Notes under the pieces: model-generated
Seen by the model: only the letters and a program-made list of their open reading frames with translations
Database searches by the model: none
What the model was told of the DNA's origin: nothing
Assembly (NCBI RefSeq): GCF_006345805.1
Contig: NC_042998.1
Location: 6,014,001 to 6,078,000, forward strand
From: Octopus sinensis
Taxonomy: Eukaryota
DNA length: 64,000 nucleotides
Direction: 5' to 3'
Translations under genes and position numbers: made by a program
In this document: piece after piece, positions 27,381 through 40,809 of the stretch
Numbering within the stretch: the first letter of the stretch is position 1
Layout of the letters: each line of letters opens with the position of its first letter

Positions 27381-27625
27381 GGAGGCATGTGGCTTAGTGG
27401 TTAGGGTGTCAGCACCATGATCGTAAGATTGTGGTTTCGATTCCTGGACCGGGCGACGCGTTGTGTTCTTGAGCAAAACACTTCATTTCACGTTGCTCCA
27501 GTCCACTCAGCTGGCAAAAATGAGTAACATTGCGATGGACTGGCATCCTGTCCAGCTGGGGAACACATACGCCATAGAAACAGGGCCCATGAGCCTGGCT
27601 AGGCTTTAAAAAGGGCGCATTTATT
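27381..27625 (+). mobile_element. tRNA-derived SINE family E
   Basis: TSD TATACCTGT(G/A)AATGG at 27365-27379 and 27631-27645. Confidence 0.88.
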
Positions 27626-28499
27626 ATTTTTATACCTGTAAATGGATTTCTGTACCATTTGTTTTTAGGAAAAAAAAAAACAAATACAGTTTGAGTCTCT
27701 GACAGAAATAAAGAACTTCTTTGAGGTATAACATGAAACAATTTGGGAATGAAGAAATTATTTATTTGGAGAAATACAAAAACTTAGCAAATGCTGAGAA
27801 ATCCATCAAACCATAGCAGTAAAAATGTTTTGATGGAAGTAATAATATATGTTAAAGATAAAAAAAAAAAGGAAGATTGGGGTTCATGGAAATGATTCTT
27901 ATCAATAAAGGACCAATTTCCAATCCCCACTACCGCCACAGACTTTATCAAGGGCGATGTTGTCTGTGCATACTACAACACTTAACCCACCAGGAGGGAA
28001 ATTTGTCATATTTATTTGCAGTGGCAAATTCCTGATATTTATTTGCTGGTGTTAAGTGGACGATGCCAAACATACTGACACACACAATTGGCATCATGGA
28101 AATCAGTTGGATAGCAAAAGTGTAATACAGTAGAGATAGAGCTTTCCTGAACATTTACCAAACTGAAATAAATTGGTTCTATTTAAATAACGGTTTTTAC
28201 CTCAGCAAGAATTCTCAGTAGGTGGTGTTGTCAGTCAAAACGATAAAAGGAGAGAATTTCTGTATTTCATTTGTTGTTAATGAACAACTCAACTGGCAAC
28301 AGCATCGTGGAAAATTAGAATGACAAACAATTCGAAATATGTGAGCTAACATCAAGGAAAGTATTAAGAAACTTACAAGTTATGATATGATTTAACTATT
28401 TAGTAATAACAAACCACTAAAGTTCCTGCCAGTGGGAAGCTGCTCATTATTTCTCTCTCACTGTATCCACACACGCACACACACTGAGAAAATGAGAAA

Positions 28500-28500
<1 letters not shown>

Positions 28501-28538
<38 letters not shown>

Positions 28539-28665
28539 AAAATGGAACCAATCAACTTTTTCGGACATTATCTATTGGAAAACACAAAATTTTCAAGTTA
28601 TCTTGACCTTTATGGGCCTTACCTTCATTTCCATCTCTCTCTCTCTCTCTCTTTCTCACTCACTC

Positions 28666-28700
<35 letters not shown>

Positions 28701-28712
28701 CACATACACACA

Positions 28713-28743
<31 letters not shown>

Positions 28744-28771
28744 TACACACACACACACACACATACACACA
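28501..28771. repeat. (CA)n/(CT)n compound microsatellite
   Basis: Direct inspection. Confidence 0.9.
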
Positions 28772-29390
28772 CTGTCTTTTAAACCCAATGCTCCAATCAA
28801 TAAGACATCAATGTAACATTCATTCTTCAGTTATTCTCAGATTGCACGAGTACACATAACAAGCTAGCTGATGATTGTTAAAACTATAGCATTTTCTGAA
28901 ACACATACACATATATACACACATATATACACACATATATACATACATTATATGAATGACTAAACTAAAATAAGAAAACGATAAACATAAGAGAGGCTAT
29001 GAGATAGGAAAGAAAATAAATAGAAAGCAAATTCAAATGATACTTCACTTGACATTTTCTTAAATGTAATGACATTTTATGTTTAAGAAAGGATCCCTGA
29101 AAGTTTTATTAGTTACTGTAGTAATAAATCTTAAGTGTTTTCCTTCAAGTTTGTGATATCTTCAGGCATTGATTTCTGACTTTGCTTTTCCTTGTGTTTG
29201 CTGTCATTGTAATCCATTTTAATAAGCAACAAAATGGCCCAAGGTTGCTAGTTTCAAATCTCAAAGGATCTTTTGCACATACATATATATATATATATAT
29301 TATAATACTATATATACATATATATGTGTATGTATATAAAACATACCATACTGAGTTGTTCTTACATTTAAGTTCATAGATCTTGGGGGA

Positions 29391-29439
<49 letters not shown>

Positions 29440-29550
29440 TTTCACGATTAAATAAAAAAAAGGCAACAAACGAAAAATATTATGTACCTAAGTATGTATG
29501 TATATATATGTGTGTGTGTGTATATATATGTGTGTGTGTGTGTGTATTAT

Positions 29551-29954
29551 TCTTTCTTTTATTCTTTTACTTGTTTCAGTTATTTGACTGTGGCCATGCT
29601 GGAGCACCGCCTTTAGTCGAGCAAATCGACCCCGGGACTTATTCTTTGTAAGCCCAGTACTTATTCTATCGGTCTCTTTTGCTGAACCGCTAAGTGACGG
29701 GGATGTAAACACACCAGCATCGGTTGTCAAGCAATGCTAGAGGGACATACACACACACACACACAGATACACATATATATATACATATATACAACAGGCT
29801 TCTTTCAGTTTCCGTCTACCAAATCCACTCACAAGGCATTGGTCGGCCCGAGGCTATAGCAGAAGACACTTGCCCAAGATGCCGTGCAGTGGGATTGAAC
29901 CCGGAACCATGTGGTTGGTTAGCAAGCTACTTACCACACAGCCACTCCTGCACC
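29551..29954 (-). mobile_element. SINE family A
   Basis: Full-length reverse copy. Confidence 0.88.
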
Positions 29955-30594
29955 TATATATAAAATTTTTTTTAAATGTGTAGTAAATAAACAAACGAAC
30001 ATATACTAAATACACAGGTGGACAGAAAACACAGAAGGTCACCAACTGTCCATCAGTTATTGGCCAGAGGGTCAAACGCAATTTCAGCCACAATCGATAA
30101 TATTGCTTCCACTCTGGATGCACCAGCAAGAAATCTGCCAGGAACGAGACCAAAACACAACAAAATGAGACAGGCTTGAGATGAGACCATTAGGGGACAG
30201 ACGAGGGACAAAACATTAGACAGAATAAAGGTTTAGGGTCACATGAAAACAACAGTTAATAATGATAATAATACATATACAAAAAAAAAAACCCCTAGGG
30301 GCTGCAAGACAAGACAAAAGTGGGTAACGAGAAAGAGAAATGAAAACTGTCCGAAAGGACTATAGACATGGGAGGGGTAGAGCAAGAAGCTCAGAAAATC
30401 ATGACCAGTGCAGTCAAAGGCAACAGGAAAAAGAACGGCACCATCTTAGGTCGTTACGGGTCATGTGATAGTGGGAGGAGGATAAGAGAGAGAGAGAAAG
30501 AAAGAAAGGAAATTAACACACATATACACATACACACATGCATTATGTATGTATGTATGTATGTATCTATATATACACACACATTTATATATAT

Positions 30595-30930
30595 CATCAT
30601 CATCATCGTTTAACGTCCATTTTCCATGCTAGCATGGGTTGGACGGTTCAACAGGGGGCTGGGAAGCCAGGAGGCTGTGCCAGGCCCAGTCTGATCCGGC
30701 AGTGTTTCTACAGCTGGATGCCCTTCCTAATGCCAACCACTCTGAGAGTGTAGTGGATGCTTTTTATGTACCACCTGCACAGGTGCCAGACGAGGCTGGC
30801 AAACGGCCACGATCGGATGGTGCTTTTTACGTGCCACCGGCATGGAGGCCAATCGGGGCGGCGCTGGCAACGGCCACGTTCGGATGGTTCTCTTATGTAT
30901 CACCGGCACTGGTATCTCAGCTACAATTTC
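30595..30930 (-). mobile_element. RTE 3' UTR fragment
   Basis: Same family, flanked by (TA)n. Confidence 0.78.
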
Positions 30931-32774
30931 CATACATATATATACATATATATAATATATGAAACAGCTTTCCCTTGTATGGAACATGACAATATTCTAG
31001 CTTTATCTGCTCTTTTAATGAAGGGCCTTTCTTTTATTTGTTTGGTGTCTTACTTTCTACATTTTTTTGTATAAGTTCTATGCTATTTGTTTGGAATGTT
31101 GTTGTTCTGCAAACCATCAACAATGTTTCTATATTGTCATAGTGTAGTTACAGTAAAGCAATGTGCTTCAGGTCTTTTATTGGCTCTACCAAGTATTATA
31201 GAGGCAGCAAACATGCCAGTACCTTTTCGTTTTGAAGATCAGACTAAAATGATTAATTTTGGAACCTTAGTATTCAGAAAAGAAAAATTCACCTAACTAA
31301 CACAGGAATATGATAAAGAAGATAATATTAAAACAGGTATATATTTAATACACTATATATATAAATCTGTTCTTCTCCAGCAATGGAAAGCTGCCAAACA
31401 ATGTAAAAGGCATTCTGTTATAAAGACAAGGGTGAAGAAATTATTGTACCAAATTCAGAAGTGACCTACTTAGAGAAAAAAATGGGCAGCGATATAAACA
31501 ACACAGAAAAATACAAAGACAAGAATATAATTTATCCAAAGACTTGTCTCCTCAAATATAAATGATACAAATTATGGCTAACCAAAACAACTGTAAATAC
31601 AATTTACTATAATCAAACATAATGCCATATATGATTAACTCTAAACCTGTTCAAAACTCACTACAACCAACATAGGTACACATTTAGTAACATCAAATGA
31701 GCATGAAAAGTAGATAGGCTTTATATGTTACAGAATAGCGGATCAACAACAAAGCAAGAGCTATGGTGTAGTAGATTATTCATTTGAAAACAAAAATCAC
31801 ATTAATAAACAGTAAGTATGAATTACAGCATGGCTAAACAAATATACATATCAAATATTTCACCCCTATAGCATAAACAAACAGATAACCTGCATACTGA
31901 AAATTTAATTCCACCTCATCTTTGTCCCCCCACAAAACTCATAGAAAATTAACAGCCCACATACGCAGTTTTCATCTCATCTTATTCCCAAATGGATAAA
32001 GGCATGGCTTGTATGAAAGTAATCAGAACATGTTTATTGCATTTGAGAGACTGTGAAGCTAGCGGGAATATTGTGAGAATGAAAGATATAGAATGAACAT
32101 AACTAAAATTTTAATGAAACAAAAAACACACATACACCAGTTATGTTTTCCCCACAAAGCTAGAACATTTTCATCTTTACATCTACCTCCCCTGACGTTT
32201 ACGCATCATATTTGCCATCTACATCAATCTTTATGTCATCATTAATTAAATATTTAAATTAGATCTGCAAAATAATTCATAATACCCATAACGTTTCTTA
32301 TCGTTTAGGTGTTACAAGTCACGATACAGATAGTAATACATGTTTTCTAGAAAGCGGGAAACAAAACTGGAATAAAAGGACAAATTCTGCAACTGATGAA
32401 AATATAAGAAGGCAAACATACAAACAATTGATAAGAAAAGTGCCAATGATGATTAACTGATAAGATTTATTATATTATTATTTTCTTTATTTTTTTCCTA
32501 CTTCTTTTTTTTTTCTCTCTTTCAAATTTTTCTTTTCATTTTCTGTCTTTTTTTTTATTATCTATACAGTCTCTTACAGTTTTCCAATAAGAATCCCCTT
32601 CCATTTCCATGAAACGACTGCTCCTTCTTTGTCTTTTTGACGCATAAGCTTATGCACACATGCTAGTATATACATGTATGTATACATGTACATGTGTGTG
32701 TGTTGTGTATATATAAGTGTGTGAGTATATATATATATATATTTATATATATATACACACACACACACAATGGT

Positions 32775-33360
32775 GTATGTGTATGTATATAATGAGTGTA
32801 TGTTTATGTGCGTATGTATATATATAAATATATATAAACATATATATATATACATACATATATATACATATATTACATATACATATACATTACATATATA
32901 TATATATATATATACATATACATTACATATACATATATATATACATATACATTACATATATATATATACATATATATATACATATACATTACATATATAT
33001 ATATATATATACATATACATTACATATATATATATATATACATATACATTACATATATATATATATACATATACATTACATATATATATATAATATATAT
33101 ATACATATACATATACATACATATATATATATACATACATATATACATATATATATACATATACATTACATATATATAAGATATATATACATATACATTA
33201 CATATATATAAGATATATATACATATACATTACATATATATAAGATATATATACATATACATTACATATATATAATATATATATACATATACATATACAT
33301 ACATATATATATATACATATATATATACATATACATACATATATATACATATATATATAC

Positions 33361-33412
<52 letters not shown>

Positions 33413-33583
33413 GTATATACATATACATATATGTATATACATATACATATATGTATATACATATACATATATGTATATACATATACATATCTATATACAT
33501 ATATATATATACATATATATATATACATATACATATATATATACATATACATATATATATATACATATATATATACATATATG
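32775..33583. repeat. Compound (TA)n/TATAC/CATTA micro-/minisatellite
   Basis: Direct inspection. Confidence 0.95.
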
Positions 33584-34171
33584 AGAGAGATGTTTGTATG
33601 TATGTATCAGTGAATGCATACACACAACTCAGTATAAGTGTGGGGATGTGTGTATATTACAGACATTATATGTCATTTTCAAATTATCAATAATATTGAT
33701 AGATTACCTCACTTTCCCTGATAGTTTGAGCACTGACAAATGATGGCTTTTATAGACATTTTTAAAACACACTCAGCAAAGATAGAACTATTTGAATAAG
33801 TATTCATTGATCTGTATATCACCCCCAGAGACTAATTACACTAACCAGCTTGGATACACACACACACACACACACATGCAAGTTAGCAATGTTTGTACAG
33901 AAAGGATATGTGTTCAATTTATAAATTAAAATATAATAAAACTGATTTCTTGTAAATGGTAAAAAAAAAAAAAAAAAAAAAAAAAATACAGGAAGAAAAA
34001 TAATAACTCTCTTTTGGAATTTTTCTAATTAAATTCCCAGTATCAATTTTGAGATGGATTAGAACTGTATTTAGTTAAGATTTAATATTACGATATAACC
34101 ATAAAAAAAAAAATTAAAAAAATTAGTTAGATGTTCCTAAGACATTTAGTATTTTTTTACAGTTGTTTTAA

Positions 34172-34395
34172 TCCTTTAACATCCAGATTACTGTCGAATT
34201 TAATGCATATTTATTCCCATTGCTTATGTATTCCCAATTATGTATTATCTTGTAGCGTTGAGATTTCAATGATGCATCTGTTTATTTTGAGAACGACATT
34301 GTAAGGTAAGTATGAAAGGCCAGATCTAGCCTGTTTGAATATAAGAGCAGGAAAAAATATTTAGACCAGATATGACTGGTTTAAATGCTAAAGGG
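34172..34395. mobile_element. TTAA-flanked MITE, family P2 (reverse)
   Basis: TTAA-TCCTTTAACATCCAG...GCTAAAGGG-TTAA. Confidence 0.72.
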
Positions 34396-34595
34396 TTAAT
34401 CATTGAACAGTAGCCATGCTGGAGTATCAGCTTCAGTGGTACAACTGATTACTTTTGACATCAATCCTTGATTAGTATTTAATTAACTGGTGATCAAAGG
34501 CAAAGTTGGGGGTCATAATTAAATACCAAAAGGTATTTCGTTCCAATGCTGGACTGAATCTGCTATTGATTCAAGATGAGAGTTTTCTTAGTCGT

Positions 34596-34973
34596 TTACT
34601 CTTTTGCTTGTCGCAGTCATTTGACTGTGGCCATGCTGGAGCACTGCCTTTAGTTGAGCAAATCGACCCCAGGACTTATTCTTTGTGAGCCTAGTACTTA
34701 TTCTATCGGTCTCTTTTGCCGAACCACTAGGTTACAGGGATGTAAACACACCAGCATCGGTTATCAAGCGATGTTGGGGTACAAACACAGATACATACAC
34801 ACATATATATGATGGGCTTCTTTCAGTTTCCGTCAACCAAATCCACTCACAAGGCTTTGGTCAGACCGAGGCTATAGTAGAAGACGCTTGCCCAAGGTGA
34901 CACGCAGTGGAACTGAACCCAGAACCATGTGGTTCATAAGCAAGCTACTTACCACACAGCCACTCCTATGCCT
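34596..34973 (-). mobile_element. SINE family A
   Basis: Full-length, more diverged reverse copy. Confidence 0.85.
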
Positions 34974-36129
34974 GCATTTAGTTAAAATAGTTAATACCTT
35001 TAATTCACAATATTTTCAGAACAAATGTGGAAATGTCAAATCCAAAGAAACAGTTGTTGTTTAGCTCCAAGTCAGCCTTGATTGAGCAAAACTACACTCA
35101 AAGCTGGAAGAATACCAGTTTGGTTTCTTTTTTAAGCATCATGTATACATCATCATCATCAATATCATCATTTAGCATACATTGTCCATGCTGGCAAGGG
35201 TTGGACGGTTTGATCAGGGCTGGAAGCTGGTGCAGCCCCTCAGCTTACCAGCCCTATTATTACCTCTGCCTTAGCAAAGGCAGAGGTATTGTTTTCAGTC
35301 ACATTTGTTTGTTTGCTTGTTTGTCTGTGGACAAGATATCTCAAGAACCACTGGATGGATTCGGATGAAACGTTTAGGGATGGTCTTGTGACTTGTACGA
35401 ACTGATTAAATTTTGGGATCGATCCGGTACCAGACAAGGATTCTGGATTATTTTCTCTGTGTTTTTACTTAATTTTTGAGAACGGTTGAGTTCATTTTTA
35501 GTATTCTCGTTTCTGAGAGCAGTCGAGTTTATTTCAGATATTCTCATTTTAAAAATCCTCTCTGGCTAATTGTTGAGAGGACGTTGGTGTTGCCTTGGTG
35601 GAGGCTTGCACTCTGTGAGTGCTCATTATTATTATATTGTTATTAATATGTGTATTGTTATTATCATTATTAAATGTATTTTAACCCTTTAGAGATGGAG
35701 TCTCATTTGGAGTTTTAGTGCCAAGAAGACAGAGCCCTTATCACAAGCCCTACAGAGGGCATGCACTTATTTTTAAAAAATAAATTCTTAAAAAAATAAA
35801 TCAATTACTTTACATATATAAAACTATATATATTCTTGTAGGAAATTAAATGAACTAACACAATCTTCTTTGTTATTTGACTTTGTGGCCGACAGATTGA
35901 CCTTGTTGTCTCCTAAAGGTTAAAGAAGTAGGTTGTCATTTGAGAGATTTATTATTTGTCTATTACTTGTTTCAGCCATTCGACTGCGGATTTGCTGGGG
36001 TATCATCTTGAAGGATTCTAGTTGAACAAGTCAACCCCAGTATTTGCTTTTTAAATTAGGTATTTACTCTATTAGTCTCTTTTGCTGAACCGCTAAGCCA
36101 TGAAGGCATAAACTAAACCAACACACACA

Positions 36130-36346
36130 CGAGGGGGTGTTGAAAAGTTTTTGGCTTTGGGTAAAAGAAAATACAGGCGAACCAGTTAATTATGATTTTA
36201 TTCAACATATTCCCCTCTCAGACTCACACACTCATTGCAGCAGTTCTTCAGTTTTTCTAAGCCCTGTAAAAGAACTCCGAAGGTTGGGTCACCAACCAGG
36301 TCTTTTGCCATACCCTTACAACTAGGAACTTTTCAGCAGCCCCTCA
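36130..36346. mobile_element. Mariner-type MITE
   Basis: Imperfect TIRs CGAGGGGGTGTTGAAAAGT / ACTTTTCAGCAGCCCCTCA, TA on the right side. Confidence 0.65.
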
Positions 36347-36779
36347 TATACGAATATATAATGGGCTTCCACACATTTTGACGACCACCAAATTCACTCA
36401 TAAAGCATTGATTGGCCTGAGGCTATGATAAAAAAAACATTTGCCCAAAGTGCTGTGCAGTGGAACTGAACATGAAACCACTTAGTGTCAAAATGTACTT
36501 TGTAACCATACCTGCACCTATTTCTAACAAATTAGGTGACTTCATAAACATTCTTTTATTGGCTCAGAAGAGGAGCAGTTACTAGCAAAATAATATATAC
36601 TAACTGTAATTAGTAAAAAAACTGTTTTTAACAAAGGCTGCTAATAAGGGTTACATCCACATGATACCAAAGCTAAAAGCATCAACAATATTATTCAAAC
36701 TGCTAGAAGTAGCATCTAACCCTCCCTCTCAAATCATATCCTATGGTCTCATGATAGAAAGGTCATATTAGAAGGTGTA

Positions 36780-37015
36780 TATTTCTTTACTACCCACAAG
36801 GGGCTAAACATAGAGGGGACAAACAAGGACAGACAAAAGGATTAAGTCGATTACATCGACCCCAGTGTGAAACTGGTACTTTATTTATCAACCTCGAAAG
36901 GATGAAAGGCAAAGTCGACCTTGGGGGAATTTGAACTCAGAACGTAACGACAGACGAAATACGGCTATGCATTTCGCCCGGCGTGCTAACGGTTCTGCCA
37001 GCTCGCCACCTTTTT
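36780..37015 (-). mobile_element. SINE family B
   Basis: 15-bp TSD ATATTAGAAGGTGTA (36765-36779 and 37016-37030). Confidence 0.9.
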
Positions 37016-37182
37016 ATATTAGAAGGTGTAATCAAAGAAGCACCAGAAGGCGGTGTCTGTAAGAACGGCAGAATGGTCATGACTAGAATATTTCCACCCC
37101 GAGTTCCCCTGGATTATGGCTAAGACAGCGTTAAGCAGTAATAGCAAGTACAACTACTGCCATCGCAGCAACCAAGGCTTAA

Positions 37183-37402
37183 CCATTTCGTTACTGTATT
37201 TATTTTGTGATGCTCTGTGTTTCTTTCAATTACTTTAAATTTAACAAAGAATTTAGTAAAATAACTTAGTTATCATTAAGCTAGTGTTAGGAACATAAAT
37301 TGTGACTAAGGTTTGGTGGAAGATTTTAATTCAAAACTTATGAAAACAAGGCATTTGTACTCAGAGCCAGAGCCGGTTTCAGCCGGGTTGGTAACGAAAG
37401 GG
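37183..37402. mobile_element. TTAA-flanked (piggyBac-like) MITE, family P1
   Basis: TTAA-CCATTTCGTTAC...GTAACGAAAGGG-TTAA. Confidence 0.85.
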
Positions 37403-38144
37403 TTAAATAGAAATAGTTCGTAAAACATATGCCAACAAATCTAAGAACGGTAATCTGTACTGTAAACTAAAGATTCTGAAGAGCAAAGCAGCATATGCAG
37501 TAAGCAAACATTGAAACCTAACAGGAAAACAAAACGCTTGATAAATTATAATTAATAACAGCCAACAGGAAGCAGCAGTATTGGAAATCTTTAGATTTAC
37601 AAAGTAACATCACAACGTAGGTATTGCAAATCTATTTATTACATGAGCAATATAAGGTAATTCATGTTATCCTAGACAGTATAGATTAGCGAATGTCAAC
37701 TGTATTAAATATATCTACTACACAAATGTAAATAAAATCTGCTATTAGAATATAGGCTCCATTTTTATATAAGATTAAGTTATGCAATAGTAATGAGAGA
37801 AACCATTGCGGTGGTCGTTATGCAATGATATTAGTAAACAGAAATAAAAGACAAGGTGAATTTCCATAATCAATAACAAAAATGTATAATTTAGTAGTAA
37901 ATACATAAAGGAAACAAGGCAATTGCAAGTAAAGGTAGTCAATCCTTTCTTTTGAGAAAATTAAAAACCTTTCCAGCTTTGTATCAGGTGTTGACTGAAT
38001 ATATTGTATGGGAACATCTAAATACTATGGCAAAAGATTGCATTGGGAATTGAGAGCACGGACCGGAATAACTTTACATAATGGTTTAGGTAATGAGATA
38101 GAATTGGCAGAGCTAATAATTTCATTTCAAATAATACAAGAGAG

Positions 38145-38193
38145 ATAGATGGAAAGATAGAGATAGATAGATAGATGGAGAGATGGATAGACG

Positions 38194-38271
<78 letters not shown>

Positions 38272-38537
38272 GATAGATAGATAGATAGATAGGATAGATA
38301 GATAGGTAGGTAGATAGATAGATAGATAGGATAGATAGATAGATAGATAGGATAGATAGATAGGTAGGTAGATAGATAGATAGATAGAGATAAGATAGAT
38401 AGATAGACAGATAGATAGATAGATAGATAGACGGAGAGATAGATAGATAGATGAATGGATAGACAGATAGATAGATAGATAGATAGAAAGATAGACAGAT
38501 AGATAGATAGGATAGATAGATAGATAGATAGATAGAC

Positions 38538-38572
<35 letters not shown>

Positions 38573-38625
38573 CAGATAGACAGATAGACAGATAGATAGA
38601 TAGGTAGATATAGATATAGATAGAC
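38145..38625. repeat. (GATA)n microsatellite
   Basis: Direct inspection. Confidence 0.95.
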
Positions 38626-39011
38626 AGAGAGGTAGAGTTGAAATAGCGTTTTACATTGCTATAGATTTCTTTTCTTTGTTTGGTTTTTCTAATTACCAAA
38701 TGTACCGCATAAGTCAACCCTGGATATAATATGCCAGAAAAGATAGGATGGTCGTAGCTACAACATCAGTCAGGACCATCCTAACAATATGATTTTGTTT
38801 CGGAAAACCACAGCAGCTGTCAGCAAATGTTGTTAGTAAGTGGGTTTAGTTTAGAAATTATTTGCAGTGAAGAAAATTCATATGATACAGAATTCCCACT
38901 TAAATGTGGATGCTCTATTAGAACAAGTTTTACTGCAGTAGATACCACGAGAAAACCTCTCATATAGGCTTTAGTTGCAAAATGCACACTTGTTTGTATC
39001 ACAAGTGCCAA

Positions 39012-39758
39012 GATCACCAGATCACATGATTTTGACCTTCCTTAGTCAACCACTTGGTCACCAGATCACATGATTTTGACCTTTCTTGGTCAACCACTTG
39101 GTCACCAAATCACATGATTTTGACCTTTCTTGGTCAACCACTTGGTCACCAAATCATATGATATTGACCTTCCTTAGTCAACCACTTGGTCACCAAATCA
39201 CATGATTTTGACCTTCCTTAGTCAACCACTTGGTCACCAAATCACATGATTTGGACCTTCCTTAGTCAACCACTTGGTCACCAAATCACATGATTTGAAC
39301 CTTCCTTAGTCAACCACTTGGTCACCAAATCACATGATTTTGACCTTTCTTGGTCAACCACTTGGTCACCAAATCACGTGATTTTGACCTTTCTTGGTCA
39401 ACCACTTGGTCACCAAATCACATGATTTTGACCTTCCTTGGTCAACCACTTGGTCACCAAATCACATGATTTTGACCTTCCTTGGTCAACCACTTGGTCA
39501 CCAAATCACATGATTTTGATCTTCCTTGGTCAACCACTTGGTCACCAAATCACATGATTTTGACCTTCCTTGGTCAACCACTTGGTCACCAAATCACATG
39601 ATTTGGACCTTCCTTAGTCAACCACTTGGTCACCAAATCACATGATTTTGATCTTCCTTGGTCAACCACTTGGTCACCAAATCACATGATTTTGATCTTC
39701 CTTAGTCAACCACTTGGTCACCAAATCACATGATTTTGACCTTTCTTGGTCAACCACT
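39012..39758. repeat. 44-bp minisatellite, about 17 tandem units
   Basis: Unit GGTCACCAAATCACATGATTTTGACCTTCCTTGGTCAACCACTT; period 44 (39056, 39100, 39144...); no unique spacers. Confidence 0.95.
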
Positions 39759-39783
39759 AGAGATACCAGCAACTCACCTTTCT

Positions 39784-40029
39784 TATTTCTTTCCTGCCCA
39801 CAAGGGGCTAAACACAGAGGGGACAAAGAAGGACAGACAAACGGATTAAGTCGATTACATCGACCCCAGTGCGTAATTGGTACTTAATTTATCGACCCCG
39901 AAAGGATGAAAGGCAAAGTCGACCTCGGCGGAATTTGAACTCAGAACGTAACGGCAGACGAAATGCTTGGCGGTATTTCGTCAAGCATTTCGCCCGTCGT
40001 GCTAACATTTCTGCCACCTCGCCGCCATC
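39784..40029 (-). mobile_element. SINE family B
   Basis: 22-bp TSD GATACCAGCAACTCACCTTTCT (39762-39783 and 40030-40051). Confidence 0.92.
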
Positions 40030-40157
40030 GATACCAGCAACTCACCTTTCTGCCAGTGATATATAGAAAATCAGAGCTAGAGCAGGCAGCGGTGTCGTAA
40101 TAAGCCAGTGAGCAACTACTGAAAACACTTTGTGAATTGATCTTGTAAAATACTTAC

Positions 40158-40298
40158 TTGCATGTATTGGTAAATATCATGACAGAACTGGTGGGATGGT
40201 CTTCTGTGTACTGGTCAACGATGTGGACCATGTATGCATCTTTCATATCAGCCGGTGTCAGTACATATGTTTGATTCAATTGTTCGACAGTTGCCACA
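40158..40298 (-). CDS. DDX49: Internal exon of DDX49/Dbp8 (linker and motif IV), immediately upstream of the 9699-9851 exon
   Basis: Minus strand: CTTTCCTTTGATTTCAG acceptor, 141-nt exon, AA|GTAAGT donor. Translates VATVEQLNQTYVLTPADMKDAYMVHIVDQYTEDHPTSSVMIFTNTC(K), like DDX49 VSTVEQLDQRYLLVP..KDAYLVHL...IIFTNTCK. Splices in frame to the next exon (AA+A=Lys). Not in the ORF track. Confidence 0.93.
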
Positions 40299-40809
40299 CT
40301 GAAATCAAAGGAAAGACAACAATTAAAGCTTGATCATCATCATCATCATCATAATCATTATCATAATCATCGTTGCTATTCAATATCTATTTTCCACACT
40401 GGCATTAGGTCAATGGTTCAACAAGAACTGGCAAGCCAGAGCACTGCCCGTTTCCAATGACTGCTTCAGCATGGAAACCATGCCAAAGTAGCCACTGGAG
40501 TTTGCCTCGTAACAACAACCACTTTACAGAGGAAACTGGGTGTTTTTTACATGGTGCCAACACCAATGAGGTCACCAAATAACTTACAAGATAAAACTTC
40601 CTCAACTGAGTTGGAGGTGCAATATTGAGAAAAGTGGTTTTTATACCAAGTGAGGAGAGTTTTAAAGTATGATAGAAAGACAGGAACTGGTGTTTTGCTG
40701 TGGGAGAGGTACATCTTTGTCCCAGTTAGGAAATAGAGAGGCTGGTGTTGAAGATGTGTCAAGGTATACCATGAATACAAGAGAAGCAGTAAAGTGAATT
40801 AGACTGGGT

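Larger units (their letters stand above)
9852..40157 (-). other. DDX49: 30.3-kb GT-AG intron of DDX49
   Basis: Lies between two in-frame consecutive exons; no intervening DDX49 sequence is needed. Confidence 0.85.

Noticed and set aside
27027-27404. 125-aa ORF
   Set aside because: No recognisable motif, and it runs into a SINE head.
32574-33693. Many 60-140 aa Y/I/H/C/M-rich ORFs (also 38127-38717, 28432-28859, 51831-52076)
   Set aside because: Translations of microsatellites.
33960-33987. Poly-A run as a retrocopy tail
   Set aside because: No upstream recognisable element or TSD.
39012-39758. CRISPR array
   Set aside because: Units are contiguous with no unique spacers, the context is eukaryotic, and no cas genes are present.
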